Below, piece after piece: positions 32,682 to 42,187 of a stretch of DNA of 64,000 nt; position 1 is the first letter of the stretch, and each line of letters starts with the position of its first letter. A program made the position numbers and the translations under genes. The stretch is taken from positions 47,630 to 111,629 of IMG/VR virus record IMGVR_UViG_3300033233_000014; one strand, written 5' to 3'. Under the pieces are notes generated by a model. It saw only the letters and a program-made list of their open reading frames with translations. It was not told the DNA's origin and made no database searches. Source of the DNA: a virus.

Positions 32682-33114
32682 GCTGGGCCTCCTTCGGCGG
32701 CGCCGCCAGGAAGCCCGTCCCGCCGCAGACGTCGCATCGCACGGGCCTCTGGTTCTCGTAGCGGACGACGCCATCGCCGCACGCCTCGCAGTTCCACAGG
32801 CGCTTGCCGTTCCACCCGATCGGCACGCCGGGGATGTCGTTCAGCGGGCGCTGCTGGACGTAGTAGGGCACCTTGACGGAACCCGTCGCCACCTCGAGGC
32901 CGCCCGCGAACCCGCCGCACGCCTGCGCCGGCTTCCGCAGCGCCGGATCGAGCCCCTCCTTCACCCGGAGGCGCTCGTTGCCGTCCCCATCGAAGCACAT
33001 GCCGAACATCGCGGAGTGGCCCGCGTTGAAGTGCATGAGGGCGAGGAAGCCCTCGAGGCGCCGCATGATCCCCGCCGGCGCGGTGATGGTGAATGTCTTG
33101 ATCTCGTCGGCCAT
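32674..33114 (-). CDS. hypothetical protein with DnaJ-like zinc motif
   Basis: CEACGDG...CDVCGGTG. Confidence 0.65.
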   Translation of the reverse strand: MADEIKTFTITAPAGIMRRLEGFLALMHFNAGHSAMFGMCFDGDGNERLRVKEGLDPALRKPAQACGGFAGGLEVATGSVKVPYYVQQRPLNDIPGVPIGWNGKRLWNCEACGDGVVRYENQRPVRCDVCGGTGFLAAPPKEAQRE

Positions 33115-33117
33115 GTG

Positions 33118-33732
33118 CTACTCCTCTTCCTTCTCGAGTTCAGGCAGGCTTGCAAGGGTCGGGCGCGTCTTCCCTGCCTCCCACGACTTCGGCGCGTGCT
33201 TCTCGATCCAGTCGTTCACGATCTTCTCGATCTCCTGCGGGGGCGCATCGAAATCGCTGACATCGGCATCCTCGTACAAGCAACCCGCCAGGAAGTCCCA
33301 CACGTCGAACGCCGGCAGGCCAACCCGCTGGCAGATCACGAGGCGCAGATCCGCGACCGCGACTTCCTCGTCGGCGCAGTAGTCGAGCAACTCGTCCTCG
33401 TCCATGAAGTAGCGGTCGTCGTCGAACAGGACGAGCGGTGTCTCGCCGTCCCACTCGGCCTCGGGGATCGCCGCGTACCTGGTGGCTTCCTTCTTCTCGA
33501 GGCAGGGCGCGCAACAGGTGTAGGGCTTCAGGCGGCGTCCGGTGCAGCCCTCCTCCCCACACGGAAGATCCGTCGCGCAGCAGTAGCGCGCCACCTCCTC
33601 GTCGGTCACGCTGCCGACGAACACGCGGTTGCACGCCAGGCACGCCCAGCCCTGCATGGTGCCCTTCGGCGTGATGAGCGTCGCGGGCCCCGCGTTGTCC
33701 TCGTAGCGCACCACGGGCGGACTCGTGTTCAT
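33118..33732 (-). CDS. acidic Cys-rich hypothetical protein
   Basis: ARYCCAT...DRYF.DEDEL. Confidence 0.68.
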   Translation of the reverse strand: MNTSPPVVRYEDNAGPATLITPKGTMQGWACLACNRVFVGSVTDEEVARYCCATDLPCGEEGCTGRRLKPYTCCAPCLEKKEATRYAAIPEAEWDGETPLVLFDDDRYFMDEDELLDYCADEEVAVADLRLVICQRVGLPAFDVWDFLAGCLYEDADVSDFDAPPQEIEKIVNDWIEKHAPKSWEAGKTRPTLASLPELEKEEE

Positions 33733-34265
33733 GCTCGCTCCTTCACGTCGCCCCACCCGAACAGCCCCGACGGCAACACGCCCTCGGGGACGACGAACAG
33801 GTGGCGCGTGTTCTCCTCGTTCACCAGTTCCGCGGACGGCGGGAAGACCTCGACCATGCGGACATCTGGCCCCACCACCAGGTTCTTGATCGCGTAGAGC
33901 AGATCCCACCCGCACTCGATGGGCCGCCGATCGCGAGCCCGGATCTTCAAGTGGACGCCGTCGAACTCGGTGTCGTACTGCCGGATCATCCCGCATTTCC
34001 GGCAGCGCTCTTCGGGGAAACTCCCCACAAGATGCGGCGGGGACATCGCCACCACGAACTCATGCGCGCACGGGGGATCCTGGTCCAGTTGGGACAGGAG
34101 CCACGAGATGACGTGCTGCTGTTCCTGATCCATCACCGCCCACGGCAGATCCAACCTCAACCGAACTGCCTTCGCTTCCAGCGAGTTCTCGTGCAGTAGC
34201 CGCCCGCTCGTTCGGAGCTTTCGATAGTCCCGGAGGAAGTCCAGGAACGCCTCGGCCTCGATCAT
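33729..34265 (-). CDS. conserved phage hypothetical protein
   Basis: WDLLYAIKN...VEVFPP..ELVN...RHLF. Confidence 0.68.
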   Translation of the reverse strand: MIEAEAFLDFLRDYRKLRTSGRLLHENSLEAKAVRLRLDLPWAVMDQEQQHVISWLLSQLDQDPPCAHEFVVAMSPPHLVGSFPEERCRKCGMIRQYDTEFDGVHLKIRARDRRPIECGWDLLYAIKNLVVGPDVRMVEVFPPSAELVNEENTRHLFVVPEGVLPSGLFGWGDVKERA

Positions 34266-34705
34266 GCCTGCTCCGAATCCTGGCAGTCGTGCGCCGTCGC
34301 CTTCCAGCACCCGTGCCGGCAGAACTTCGGGAGATCGTGCTCCGCGCACACGTCCCCGGTGAGGCGGCAGCCGACGCGGTTCAAGCCGCGCTTGCGCTTT
34401 CCGTCCGTTGGGGCGAGCGCGACATTGACGATGCCGACGATGATCCGCTGCGCCTCGGTGACCGTGAGCACACCAACCTCGCCGAGCACGCCGCGCACCT
34501 TGCGCAGCGCCTTCCGCAGCGTCCGCGCCTCCGCCACCGACCCAGCGCCCTCGGCCTCGAGCAACTGGACGTAGGCGGCCACGCAGTTCTGGCCGTCTCC
34601 GCAGGCCAGGCTGTGCTGCCGGCTGCCGTGTAGGCACGGCACGTCGCCCTTCCGCGCCCACGCGCGGTCTTTGTCCGTCAGCGGCCCGAACTTCGGATCA
34701 CTCAC
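34262..34705 (-). CDS. hypothetical protein with C-terminal Cys/His module
   Basis: GCRLTGDVCAEHD..CRHGC. Confidence 0.62.
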   Translation of the reverse strand: MSDPKFGPLTDKDRAWARKGDVPCLHGSRQHSLACGDGQNCVAAYVQLLEAEGAGSVAEARTLRKALRKVRGVLGEVGVLTVTEAQRIIVGIVNVALAPTDGKRKRGLNRVGCRLTGDVCAEHDLPKFCRHGCWKATAHDCQDSEQA

Positions 34706-35577
34706 GCCCCGCCCCCGTCACCCTTGGGATCTTTCGATCCGAGAATATCTAGAACGCGATCCGCCGCCAGGCGAATCTTCTCTTGATCGGCAAACGCCGC
34801 CTGCTGAAGGCGTATTTCCGCTGACTCCATCTCCTCCCGTGCCCCATCGCCGTGAAGGAATCGCAGGGCCGCCACCGCTAGCCCATTAGTCGCGTCCCAT
34901 GTCCGCTCGGAGACGGACACCATTCCGCCGTTGATCCACGCCAACAGCGCACGTCGGTCGCAGATCAACTTTCCGCACACCTCGCGGTGGGGCAACTCCC
35001 TCATGATCCGCTCCGCCTCGATCAAGTTGACTTTGATCGCTACGGCCACGTCTTCCGAGTCGCAGATGTCCGGAATCACGATTCCCCGCATCGAATGACC
35101 CGCGCTGGGCCCTTGAAGTCCCTTCGGCAGTTCGGACTCGATGTCCTTCAACGCCATTCGCACATCGTTCAGAACTATCATCGTCGGGGCGAGAGACAGA
35201 CGAAGCCGAACCGCCCGCAAGAGGTACCGTACAATCCGGTCAGGCTGGAGGTTCTCTTTCACATGCTCCAGCACAGCCAAAATGTCTCGCGGAACCGGCC
35301 CAGGAATGCGGTACTGATCACGCTGCTCAAACTCCTCCACGGCCACCCGCAGTTCGTTCTCGTAGTGCTCCTTCGCCGATTCCTCACTCTGCTCGTTGTC
35401 GCTCTCGGAAGCGAAGCCAGGTTCCCCATCCAGGAAGGCAAGAAAGTCGGTTGCCGCCTGCGCGATCTGCGCGAGAGCAGGGATCTCCGAGATCAGCGCC
35501 GCCACCATGTCGGGAGGCACCGAATCGCCAGCCGCGTACCGCGCTGCATCCTTACGGATGTCTTCAACGTCGCTCAC
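34702..35577 (-). CDS. hypothetical protein, possible excisionase-type HTH; lower GC
   Basis: EDVAVAIKV...ELPHREVCGK...RRALLAWI. Confidence 0.62.
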   Translation of the reverse strand: MSDVEDIRKDAARYAAGDSVPPDMVAALISEIPALAQIAQAATDFLAFLDGEPGFASESDNEQSEESAKEHYENELRVAVEEFEQRDQYRIPGPVPRDILAVLEHVKENLQPDRIVRYLLRAVRLRLSLAPTMIVLNDVRMALKDIESELPKGLQGPSAGHSMRGIVIPDICDSEDVAVAIKVNLIEAERIMRELPHREVCGKLICDRRALLAWINGGMVSVSERTWDATNGLAVAALRFLHGDGAREEMESAEIRLQQAAFADQEKIRLAADRVLDILGSKDPKGDGGGA

Positions 35578-35927
35578 GCGCCCTCCTGATTCCGCCGAAG
35601 GCGGACGAAGTAGGCAACACTTATTTCGTGCGCTGCCGCCGCCAGACGGGACGGGTGGGCGGAAGCCAGCGCCGCCTCGGCCTCGACTCGCGCGGCCTCC
35701 TCGGCACCCGGCGACACCGGGCCATACTTCGCCACCACGGCGCGGAGAGAGTCCATGCCATCTCGAAGCCGATCCTCGGCCGCCTCCCGCCGTTCGGCCA
35801 TCTTCTCATGATTGTGGATGCTGCACCGGCCACCAGGGATTGCCGGCCGGAGACACCGGCGCTCAGGCCCGGCCGGGGTGAGTATCTTCTCTACGCATCT
35901 CCCAGGGATCTGCCACCGCTCGCTCAT
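35574..35927 (-). CDS. hypothetical protein
   Basis: ATGA-coupled ORF. Confidence 0.55.
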   Translation of the reverse strand: MSERWQIPGRCVEKILTPAGPERRCLRPAIPGGRCSIHNHEKMAERREAAEDRLRDGMDSLRAVVAKYGPVSPGAEEAARVEAEAALASAHPSRLAAAAHEISVAYFVRLRRNQEGA

Positions 35928-36154
35928 CGCACCACGCCCCGACGCTCCTGGCGTCGCGGCTTCGGCGGCCGTCCCTTCGGCTTGTGCGCCGGGATCTTGT
36001 GCCCCAGTACCTGCGTCGGCCCGCCGCAGCACTCGGTGATGGTTCGGCCCGTGAGCCGCCGCCCGCACACCGGGCAGCGCACCTTCCGGGCGCGGCCATC
36101 GACATGATCGGCCCACGTGCCGCCGCCCGCACAGTAGCCGGCCTGCAGGCTCAC
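35924..36154 (-). CDS. small zinc-finger protein
   Basis: CPVCGR...IPAHK. Confidence 0.5.
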   Translation of the reverse strand: MSLQAGYCAGGGTWADHVDGRARKVRCPVCGRRLTGRTITECCGGPTQVLGHKIPAHKPKGRPPKPRRQERRGVVR

Positions 36155-36462
36155 GGCGTCTCTCCGACGCACCCGTGGGGCTTCGCCTCGTCGCACCCGT
36201 GGCGGCACACCAGGGGGGAGTCGTGCTCCATGCACACGTCGCCCGTCGGGCGGCACCCCTTGAGATTCGGCCCGCGCCGACGCTTCGGCTTCTCTACGCA
36301 CCGCGCGTGTGCCTCGATGAACCCGCCGAGAATCTTCACCAGCCCCCGCCCGTCGACGGGCACCTCGACGCGCAGCTTCTTCCCGCAGCGCCGGCACACC
36401 GCGCCGACGTTCGGCTCGGCCGCGGGATCCACCATCACCCAGTCAACGTGCGCGGTGTTCAT
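36151..36462 (-). CDS. hypothetical protein with C-terminal Cys/His module
   Basis: GCRPTGDVCMEHD..CRHGC. Confidence 0.65.
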   Translation of the reverse strand: MNTAHVDWVMVDPAAEPNVGAVCRRCGKKLRVEVPVDGRGLVKILGGFIEAHARCVEKPKRRRGPNLKGCRPTGDVCMEHDSPLVCRHGCDEAKPHGCVGETP

Positions 36463-36796
36463 GCGATCCTACTGGCCGCCGCAGGAATGCCTGAAGCCGC
36501 CGTCGCACGTCTGGCGGCAAGACATACTTCGGCCGCTGCGCGATCAGGATCAGCGTCCCGAGGAGGAAGTTCCAGTCCTGCTCGCGGAACGTGATCGTGA
36601 CGACGGTCTGTCGCTTCGCCCGAGACGTGGGGGCGGGCCGGGAGTCGACCCACAGGCGCAGGCTCAGGAGTGCGTTCACCTGGGCTGCGACCCGGAGCGC
36701 GGACTTCCCCTCATCGCGCGCCGCGTAGGCGTCCCGGTCCGCCCCGAAGGCGGCGATCCGCCGGTCGATCTCGGCGAGCAGGGTGGCGAGGGTCAT
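36443..36796 (-). CDS. hypothetical protein
   Basis: ATGA-coupled ORF. Confidence 0.5.
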   Translation of the reverse strand: MTLATLLAEIDRRIAAFGADRDAYAARDEGKSALRVAAQVNALLSLRLWVDSRPAPTSRAKRQTVVTITFREQDWNFLLGTLILIAQRPKYVLPPDVRRRLQAFLRRPVGSHEHRAR

Positions 36797-37122
36797 GGCT
36801 TGGTCCCCCCGAAGAAGTACCGCCGGAGGCGCATCGTCCACGGCAGCGGCAGCCGACGGATCGAGAGCATGACGAAGCCCTCGGGGACGCCGTGCTTCGG
36901 CGCCCGAAGGATATGCGTCACGCGGACTGACAGGTGGCGGCCGGTGAAGCGTCCGTCGGGCGGGCCGCCCTTCGGGCCCAGTTCCGGCGGGATGAACTCG
37001 TCCAGACACAGTTCGTCCCCGACCTCGAAACCGCGGTCGTCCCGCCGCCACTCGGCGGTCTTCGTCCCGGCGCACACCGCCTCGAAGGCGTCGGGCCAGC
37101 ACTTCAGCAGATGGAGGCTCAC
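36793..37122 (-). CDS. ASCH/PUA-like DUF3850 protein
   Basis: HLLKCWP..FEAV..GTKTAEWRRDDRGFEVGD. Confidence 0.8.
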   Translation of the reverse strand: MSLHLLKCWPDAFEAVCAGTKTAEWRRDDRGFEVGDELCLDEFIPPELGPKGGPPDGRFTGRHLSVRVTHILRAPKHGVPEGFVMLSIRRLPLPWTMRLRRYFFGGTKP

Positions 37123-37457
37123 GCGCCACCCCCGAGGTGACCGCCGCGCTGCACCGTCAGCAACTCTGGAGTCCGCACCGTCCACATGCGGATCGCCTTC
37201 CCCGCCCGCACCAGCGCCCGCAGCCGGTGCTGCCCGTCGAGCACGTATCCCTCCGGCGTCAACTGGATGGTGCCGACGCCCGCCACCCAGCGCCCGGCCC
37301 GCATCGCGGCGGCGAAGTGCGACACGAGGTGCGGCGCTGGATTCCGCATCATCCCTCGCGGCGTGCGCTCCAGCGCCTTCCGGGCATTCGTCGGCGTCCA
37401 GCGCACGATCCTGCGCTGGATCGGGGACTTCCGCGGCACCGCGCGCGACCCCGTCAT
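37119..37457 (-). CDS. short ParB-like DGQHR protein
   Basis: EGYVLDGQHRLRALV; paralog of the N-terminus of 16780-17679. Confidence 0.7.
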   Translation of the reverse strand: MTGSRAVPRKSPIQRRIVRWTPTNARKALERTPRGMMRNPAPHLVSHFAAAMRAGRWVAGVGTIQLTPEGYVLDGQHRLRALVRAGKAIRMWTVRTPELLTVQRGGHLGGGA

Positions 37458-37684
37458 CGGCCCACTCCCGTCTCTTCGCGCCGCGGCGTCTTCCCCTCCT
37501 TCGCGCAGAGCCGCAGGAGTTCCACCCGCACGTCCGCCCCCGCCCGATCGAGATCCACCAGGACGATCTCGTCGGCCGCCGCGATCAGGCTCGCGAAGCG
37601 CGAAGGGCACGGCCTGCCAATGACGTTCGTCGGAGGGCAGACGGCCCGCGGATCGAGGAACTCGGCGTACAGAATGGCCTTCAT
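37454..37684 (-). CDS. hypothetical protein
   Basis: ATGA-coupled ORF. Confidence 0.5.
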   Translation of the reverse strand: MKAILYAEFLDPRAVCPPTNVIGRPCPSRFASLIAAADEIVLVDLDRAGADVRVELLRLCAKEGKTPRREETGVGR

Positions 37685-38034
37685 GCCGACCCGCCCGTCA
37701 GCGCCGCGATGTCCTCGTCGGTGAGCCCTGCCGCCGTCGCCTTCCGAAGCGCCGCCCGGCGCTGGCCGATCCGGAGTTCCGCCGCCTCGTCCTCCCGCGT
37801 CGGCTCGATGATGACCACCGGCCCGACCCAGCCCCCATCCTTCGCCCTGATCACCCACTCCAGCGTCACCCGCGCGTCGGTGCCCTGCACCCCGGCGCCA
37901 CGCGCCAACCGGCGTGCCGTCCCTTCGCTGCGGCAGACGAACCGCGGCTGCTCCGTGCCCCGGCCCTCGGTCAGGTCGGTGTTGACCCACACGACCCAGG
38001 CTTCCTGCTGCACTCCCGTCCGCGGCGTCTCCAT
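37681..38034 (-). CDS. conserved phage hypothetical protein
   Basis: NTDLTEGRG...ARRLARGAGVQG...GLTDEDI. Confidence 0.72.
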   Translation of the reverse strand: METPRTGVQQEAWVVWVNTDLTEGRGTEQPRFVCRSEGTARRLARGAGVQGTDARVTLEWVIRAKDGGWVGPVVIIEPTREDEAAELRIGQRRAALRKATAAGLTDEDIAALTGGSA

Positions 38035-38055
38035 TGTCCGTCCTCCTGCGCGCCA

Positions 38056-38084
38056 ATCATACCCCGGCCGATGATATTTGTCAA
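38056..38084 (-). promoter_or_regulatory. sigma70-type promoter
   Basis: TTGACA-17-TATGAT. Confidence 0.8.
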
Positions 38085-38127
38085 GTCGTCTTCGGCCGGA
38101 TTCCGTCACCCGCAGACGGTCTGCGGA

Positions 38128-38727
38128 TCACGCCTTCGGAGGTTTTTCCTGCTTCGCCTCAATCTCACGCCACCCCAGCGAGATCGACACCCGATGACGC
38201 GGCGTCGTGAGGCCGTGGCTCACATTCACCAGGAACTCCTCGAGCATCTTCCGCGCCGCCTCCGGCCCGCCGACCTCCAAGAGTCCGTGGAGCACAGCCC
38301 CCAGCATGTGGAACGCGACCCGACTGAATGCCCCCGCCCGCTTCTCTCCAGTCGGCAATACCTGCTCGATGATATCGATCGCCTGCGCTGACGCCTTCCG
38401 CGCCACCCCATCTACCGACAGTCGCGCCCGCGGACTCCGCTCTCGTCCCTTCGGTGAAATCTTCGCCGGCTTCTCTTGCTGCTTCTTCCACATTCGGTGC
38501 CCCGCGATCACCGCGCGAAGCAGCATGCTCTTTGGGTACTGCGGCACGATTCCGTTCTCATGAAGAGAATCCCATTCGCACAGCAGCCGCCCAACGCCGC
38601 GCCGCGCTTCCGCATGCTCCATCTGCGCCGCGAGCGACACCGCCACCGCCGCCAATACCGCCTTCGGAATCTCATGGTAGAGCGGCCCGAGTTCCTCGAC
38701 ATAGTCGTTGTGGTAGAGCGTGCTCAT
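38128..38727 (-). CDS. hypothetical protein
   Basis: AGGAGG SD; PKAVLAAVA...EWDSLHENGIVPQ. Confidence 0.68.
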   Translation of the reverse strand: MSTLYHNDYVEELGPLYHEIPKAVLAAVAVSLAAQMEHAEARRGVGRLLCEWDSLHENGIVPQYPKSMLLRAVIAGHRMWKKQQEKPAKISPKGRERSPRARLSVDGVARKASAQAIDIIEQVLPTGEKRAGAFSRVAFHMLGAVLHGLLEVGGPEAARKMLEEFLVNVSHGLTTPRHRVSISLGWREIEAKQEKPPKA

Positions 38728-38743
38728 TCAGTCCTCCTACGCT

Positions 38744-39178
38744 TTACGATTTCGTCTCGTTTTTCTCAAGATCTGACTTCAGCGCTTGCACGACCGCCGC
38801 CCGGAACTCGTTTCCGAAGTGCTCCACCAATGGCAGCGCCAGCGGATTTTTCTCGGTCCCCAGCGCCCGCTCCATGTTCGCGGCGAGCGCCTTGGCATAC
38901 TGCATAGCGCTGTTGAAGTAGCCCATCCAGAACAGGATGCGCTGCTGCTTCGTCATGCGCTCCCACAGCCCCGCAGCCTGCCGCCGGAGTTGTCCGAGAG
39001 GCGCCTGCATCCGGACTTCATTTCGCTCACGCAGCGCCACAAGATCGAGGCCGAAGTCGTCGCCGTCCCGCGGCTGAAAGAATCTCGGATCATCGAGCAA
39101 CGCCGTCCGGTACATCTGCTCGATCTGGTACTTCCCGGGGTTCGGTTCCGTGGGGTACACCTGTGACCAGATCGGCAT
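38744..39178 (-). CDS. hypothetical protein
   Basis: first ORF after a promoter. Confidence 0.65.
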   Translation of the reverse strand: MPIWSQVYPTEPNPGKYQIEQMYRTALLDDPRFFQPRDGDDFGLDLVALRERNEVRMQAPLGQLRRQAAGLWERMTKQQRILFWMGYFNSAMQYAKALAANMERALGTEKNPLALPLVEHFGNEFRAAVVQALKSDLEKNETKS

Positions 39179-39199
39179 CGTTCTCCTCGTTCGCGAGAA

Positions 39200-39228
39200 A
39201 TCTTACCCGATTTGAGATTTTCTGTCAA
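39200..39228 (-). promoter_or_regulatory. sigma70-type phage promoter
   Basis: TTGACA-17-TAAGAT with ATCGGG. Confidence 0.8.
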
Positions 39229-39722
39229 GCCACCGGAGGATCGTTCACAAGCAGTTCCCGCTCGATCGCCACCCGCACATGCTCGACGTGCGCCCCGATG
39301 AGATGGCCCTGCGTGATGCCGCGCAGGATGTTTCGACCCAACCGCTGCCAGCGCTGCAGTTGCTCGACTGGGCTCCGCCGCGTCCGCATGTGCGCCGGCC
39401 CCGATCCCATCACATGGATCCACGCCCACCGCCCCGCCCGCGTCCGCCGCCGCTGCTCCTTCGGCAGCCGATGGATGCGGTCATCCCGCAGCAGTTCCGT
39501 GACGCGCGCCCCGATGCTCTGGTGTTTCCCCTCAAGCGCATCCTCGATCTCCTCGACGGTCACCCCGCGCGATCCCGCCGCCAGGATCTCCCCGAACACC
39601 GCCTCTTTCTGCGCCTGCCGGATCTCTGGAGATAGGCTCTGAAACGCCTCCCGGCTGTTCAGATCTCCGCCGTGGTAGCGCCGCGTCGGATCCCGCGCAT
39701 CCTCTTCCGGCGGCCGGCTCAT
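39225..39722 (-). CDS. winged-HTH DNA-binding protein
   Basis: GVTVEEIE..L...HQSIGARVTEL...RRTRAGR. Confidence 0.7.
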   Translation of the reverse strand: MSRPPEEDARDPTRRYHGGDLNSREAFQSLSPEIRQAQKEAVFGEILAAGSRGVTVEEIEDALEGKHQSIGARVTELLRDDRIHRLPKEQRRRTRAGRWAWIHVMGSGPAHMRTRRSPVEQLQRWQRLGRNILRGITQGHLIGAHVEHVRVAIERELLVNDPPVA

Positions 39723-40066
39723 GCCCCACTCCCGTTTTCCGCCACAGCGAAGCCGGCATCGAGCAGCACCTGCCGCACCTCGGCGACGCACCGCTGGCCC
39801 GCGTCCCCGTGACAGGCATACACGCTCAGGGCCACGCCCCGCACCTCAAAGTCGTACGGCGCGGGCACGCTGCTCCCCTTCGGGAGTCCGACGACGTACA
39901 GCCACCCCGGCCCTGCCTGGGGCCGCACGATCAGGATATCGACCTCGTCGTCGAGATCCCCGGCCGCGTCGTCCTCGTCGACCGGGCCGACCCGGCGAAC
40001 TGTCCGCACCGCCGCGCAGCGCTTCAGCAGCGCCTTCACGTCGGCCGTGCGCCAGCGCGCCGTCAT
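39719..40066 (-). CDS. hypothetical protein
   Basis: coupled ORF. Confidence 0.5.
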   Translation of the reverse strand: MTARWRTADVKALLKRCAAVRTVRRVGPVDEDDAAGDLDDEVDILIVRPQAGPGWLYVVGLPKGSSVPAPYDFEVRGVALSVYACHGDAGQRCVAEVRQVLLDAGFAVAENGSGA

Positions 40067-40347
40067 CGCCGTTCCTTTCCCCGCCGCAGGACGCACTCGC
40101 CGTGCTCCTCAAGATCCCGGTGGATCACCGAGAGCAGGTTCGCCGCACCCTCGAGCCGCGCCGCCGTCTCCCGCGCCGACGCCACCGAGTGCCGGAAGTC
40201 CGCACTCACCTTCGGCCGCCGTCCGGGCCGCAGGCTACGCCGCAGCGACCGCCACAACTCCCGGTACCCGTCCTCCACCGCGTCGATCAGCGTGATCTGC
40301 TGGAGCAACACCGCCGGGTCGACCGGATGCGCCTTAGCCTTCCCCAT
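40063..40347 (-). CDS. hypothetical protein
   Basis: GGAGG SD. Confidence 0.55.
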   Translation of the reverse strand: MGKAKAHPVDPAVLLQQITLIDAVEDGYRELWRSLRRSLRPGRRPKVSADFRHSVASARETAARLEGAANLLSVIHRDLEEHGECVLRRGKERR

Positions 40348-40627
40348 AGATCCTCCGCACGACCGTCTCGGTCGGTTCGTTGAGTCGCGCGAGCAGCACC
40401 TCAAGGACCGCCGCGCCTCCTGACGTCATCCGCCCCGCCGCCACGTCCGCAGCCATCGCCGCCCGCTGCGCCGCCACGAAGGCCCGCGCTTGGCTGTCGA
40501 TGCGCCGCGCGGCAGCGATGGCGCGCTCTCGCAGGCGGCGCTCGACCCACCGGAGCGTCCCCCACATGGCGAGGCAGGCGACGGCGAAGCCGGCCCACCA
40601 CATCAGGCGCGCCTCATAGGAGTCCAT
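40334..40627 (-). CDS. membrane-anchored hypothetical protein
   Basis: N-terminal hydrophobic helix. Confidence 0.55.
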   Translation of the reverse strand: MDSYEARLMWWAGFAVACLAMWGTLRWVERRLRERAIAAARRIDSQARAFVAAQRAAMAADVAAGRMTSGGAAVLEVLLARLNEPTETVVRRIYGEG

Positions 40628-40833
40628 CGTCCGCCAGATAGATCACGGGCATGCCTGCAATCCCCGCACTCACACGGCGGGATCCCGAACCCGAACCGCT
40701 CGTAGAGGCCGCCGGTTTCCAGCCACGCCGTATGGACCGCGTCTCTCTCCACCCGCCGCGCCCACCGTTGGGTTCCCGGGCCGATGGCCCAGCACATCCC
40801 GATCACCCCCACGACGATCAGCACGTAGATCAC
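40603..40833 (-). CDS. membrane-anchored hypothetical protein
   Basis: N-terminal hydrophobic helix. Confidence 0.5.
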   Translation of the reverse strand: MIYVLIVVGVIGMCWAIGPGTQRWARRVERDAVHTAWLETGGLYERFGFGIPPCECGDCRHARDLSGGRWTPMRRA

Positions 40834-41444
40834 TTGCCGCCCTCCTTTGGCTCAGCCGGCGCGAGGGCGGCATCCAGGTCCGTCAGCGTGACTGCGAGCA
40901 TCGGCCACTTCGGGCTCTTGGCGCCGCGGAGACGAGTCGTCACCCGCCGCACCTTCTCCACAAGCCGCTCGACGGTCCCGGCGAGGCGGCCGACCTCGGC
41001 CTCGGCCTGCTGCAGGCGCGGCACGATCTGCCGCACGCAGTCCACGGTGCCCTTATGCACCATCGGGTCGAACACGGGGCGCAGCGCCTTGTCGATATCG
41101 CACAGCGAAAGTCCGTAGCCGGCGGACAGCGTCCCCGTGAACTCCGCGCGGGTCTGCGCCGCGTCCCGCGCACCCTCGGCCGTGATGAGGACGCGCTCGC
41201 TATCGCGCATCAGGCGGTAGACGCACTCCGGGCACATCCACGCCGGGGACGCGCTCGTCCGGCTGCTCCAGACCATCCGCCGCCCGCAGTCCGTGCAGCA
41301 GGCGTAGGGGCCGGCGTGCTCGGGTGTGGCGCCGATCAGGCCGTCCCGCTCGGCCGTCACCGCCGCCAGCGCCTCTCGCGCCGCCGCGAGTTCGTGGGCG
41401 AGCCGGCGCTCGACGGATCTCCCTCCTGGGGCCGGCGGCTTCAT
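40830..41444 (-). CDS. hypothetical protein (coiled coil, zinc finger)
   Basis: CTDCG...CPEC. Confidence 0.55.
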   Translation of the reverse strand: MKPPAPGGRSVERRLAHELAAAREALAAVTAERDGLIGATPEHAGPYACCTDCGRRMVWSSRTSASPAWMCPECVYRLMRDSERVLITAEGARDAAQTRAEFTGTLSAGYGLSLCDIDKALRPVFDPMVHKGTVDCVRQIVPRLQQAEAEVGRLAGTVERLVEKVRRVTTRLRGAKSPKWPMLAVTLTDLDAALAPAEPKEGGK

Positions 41445-41824
41445 CGCGGCCCCGCGTCCAGCGGCGGATGCGCCTGCACATCCTCGGCGTGGGCGGCCAC
41501 GACATGCTGCCGCAGCGCGGCCTGCAGCGGCGCGAAGAGGGCGTGCTCGATGGCCGCGCACTCCGTGCTGCTCACGTCGATGCTGACCGCCTCGTCCTCG
41601 GCCGCGTTCTGGAGCGCCTCGTCGAGGTGCAGCCAGTTGAGCACGGCCTGCGTCAGGTCCACCGGCACCAGCCGGCAGGTGACGACGGTGCGCTCGGGGT
41701 ACGCGCGGCGCGCCACGGCCAACGCCGCCTCGCGGCTGGGGTAGCCGCCGTCGAACAGCCCGCCGTCGTAGCCGTCCTCTTCCCCGGCCGCCCGGCTCTC
41801 CGCCCAGCCGTAGGTGTCGCTCAT
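41441..41824 (-). CDS. hypothetical protein
   Basis: ATGA-coupled ORF. Confidence 0.58.
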   Translation of the reverse strand: MSDTYGWAESRAAGEEDGYDGGLFDGGYPSREAALAVARRAYPERTVVTCRLVPVDLTQAVLNWLHLDEALQNAAEDEAVSIDVSSTECAAIEHALFAPLQAALRQHVVAAHAEDVQAHPPLDAGPR

Positions 41825-42150
41825 CGCGTTCTCCGCCCGATCTGCGTCGCCACGATGAACCGCTGGATCCGCCCCGTCCGATCGTCGATGACGGCGACGA
41901 CCGGGCCCCCGCCGCGCACATCGATCCCGAAGATCCCGTTCAGGAGGCCCAGCCACGAAAGCCGATAAGGGCCGTCCGGCCCGCGCCCCCACACTTGGAT
42001 CGTCGGGTGCCGCGCCAGCGTCTTGTTGCAGGCCACGCGGCGCGCCCAGAGCCGCTGGATCGCCGCGCGATCAGCCCGGAGCGCCTGGTTCAACACCCAC
42101 ACCGCGTCCCGCGGCGTCACCGTCCAGCCCTTCGCCTCGCGCTGGGTCAT
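41821..42150 (-). CDS. phage hypothetical protein
   Basis: RVACNKTLARHPTIQV...LGLLNGIFG. Confidence 0.68.
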   Translation of the reverse strand: MTQREAKGWTVTPRDAVWVLNQALRADRAAIQRLWARRVACNKTLARHPTIQVWGRGPDGPYRLSWLGLLNGIFGIDVRGGGPVVAVIDDRTGRIQRFIVATQIGRRTR

Positions 42151-42158
42151 CGGGCCGC

Positions 42159-42187
42159 ATTGTCCCCTGCGCATTTACTTTTGTCAA
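42159..42187 (-). promoter_or_regulatory. sigma70-type promoter (weaker -10)
   Basis: TTGACA-17-GACAAT. Confidence 0.6.
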
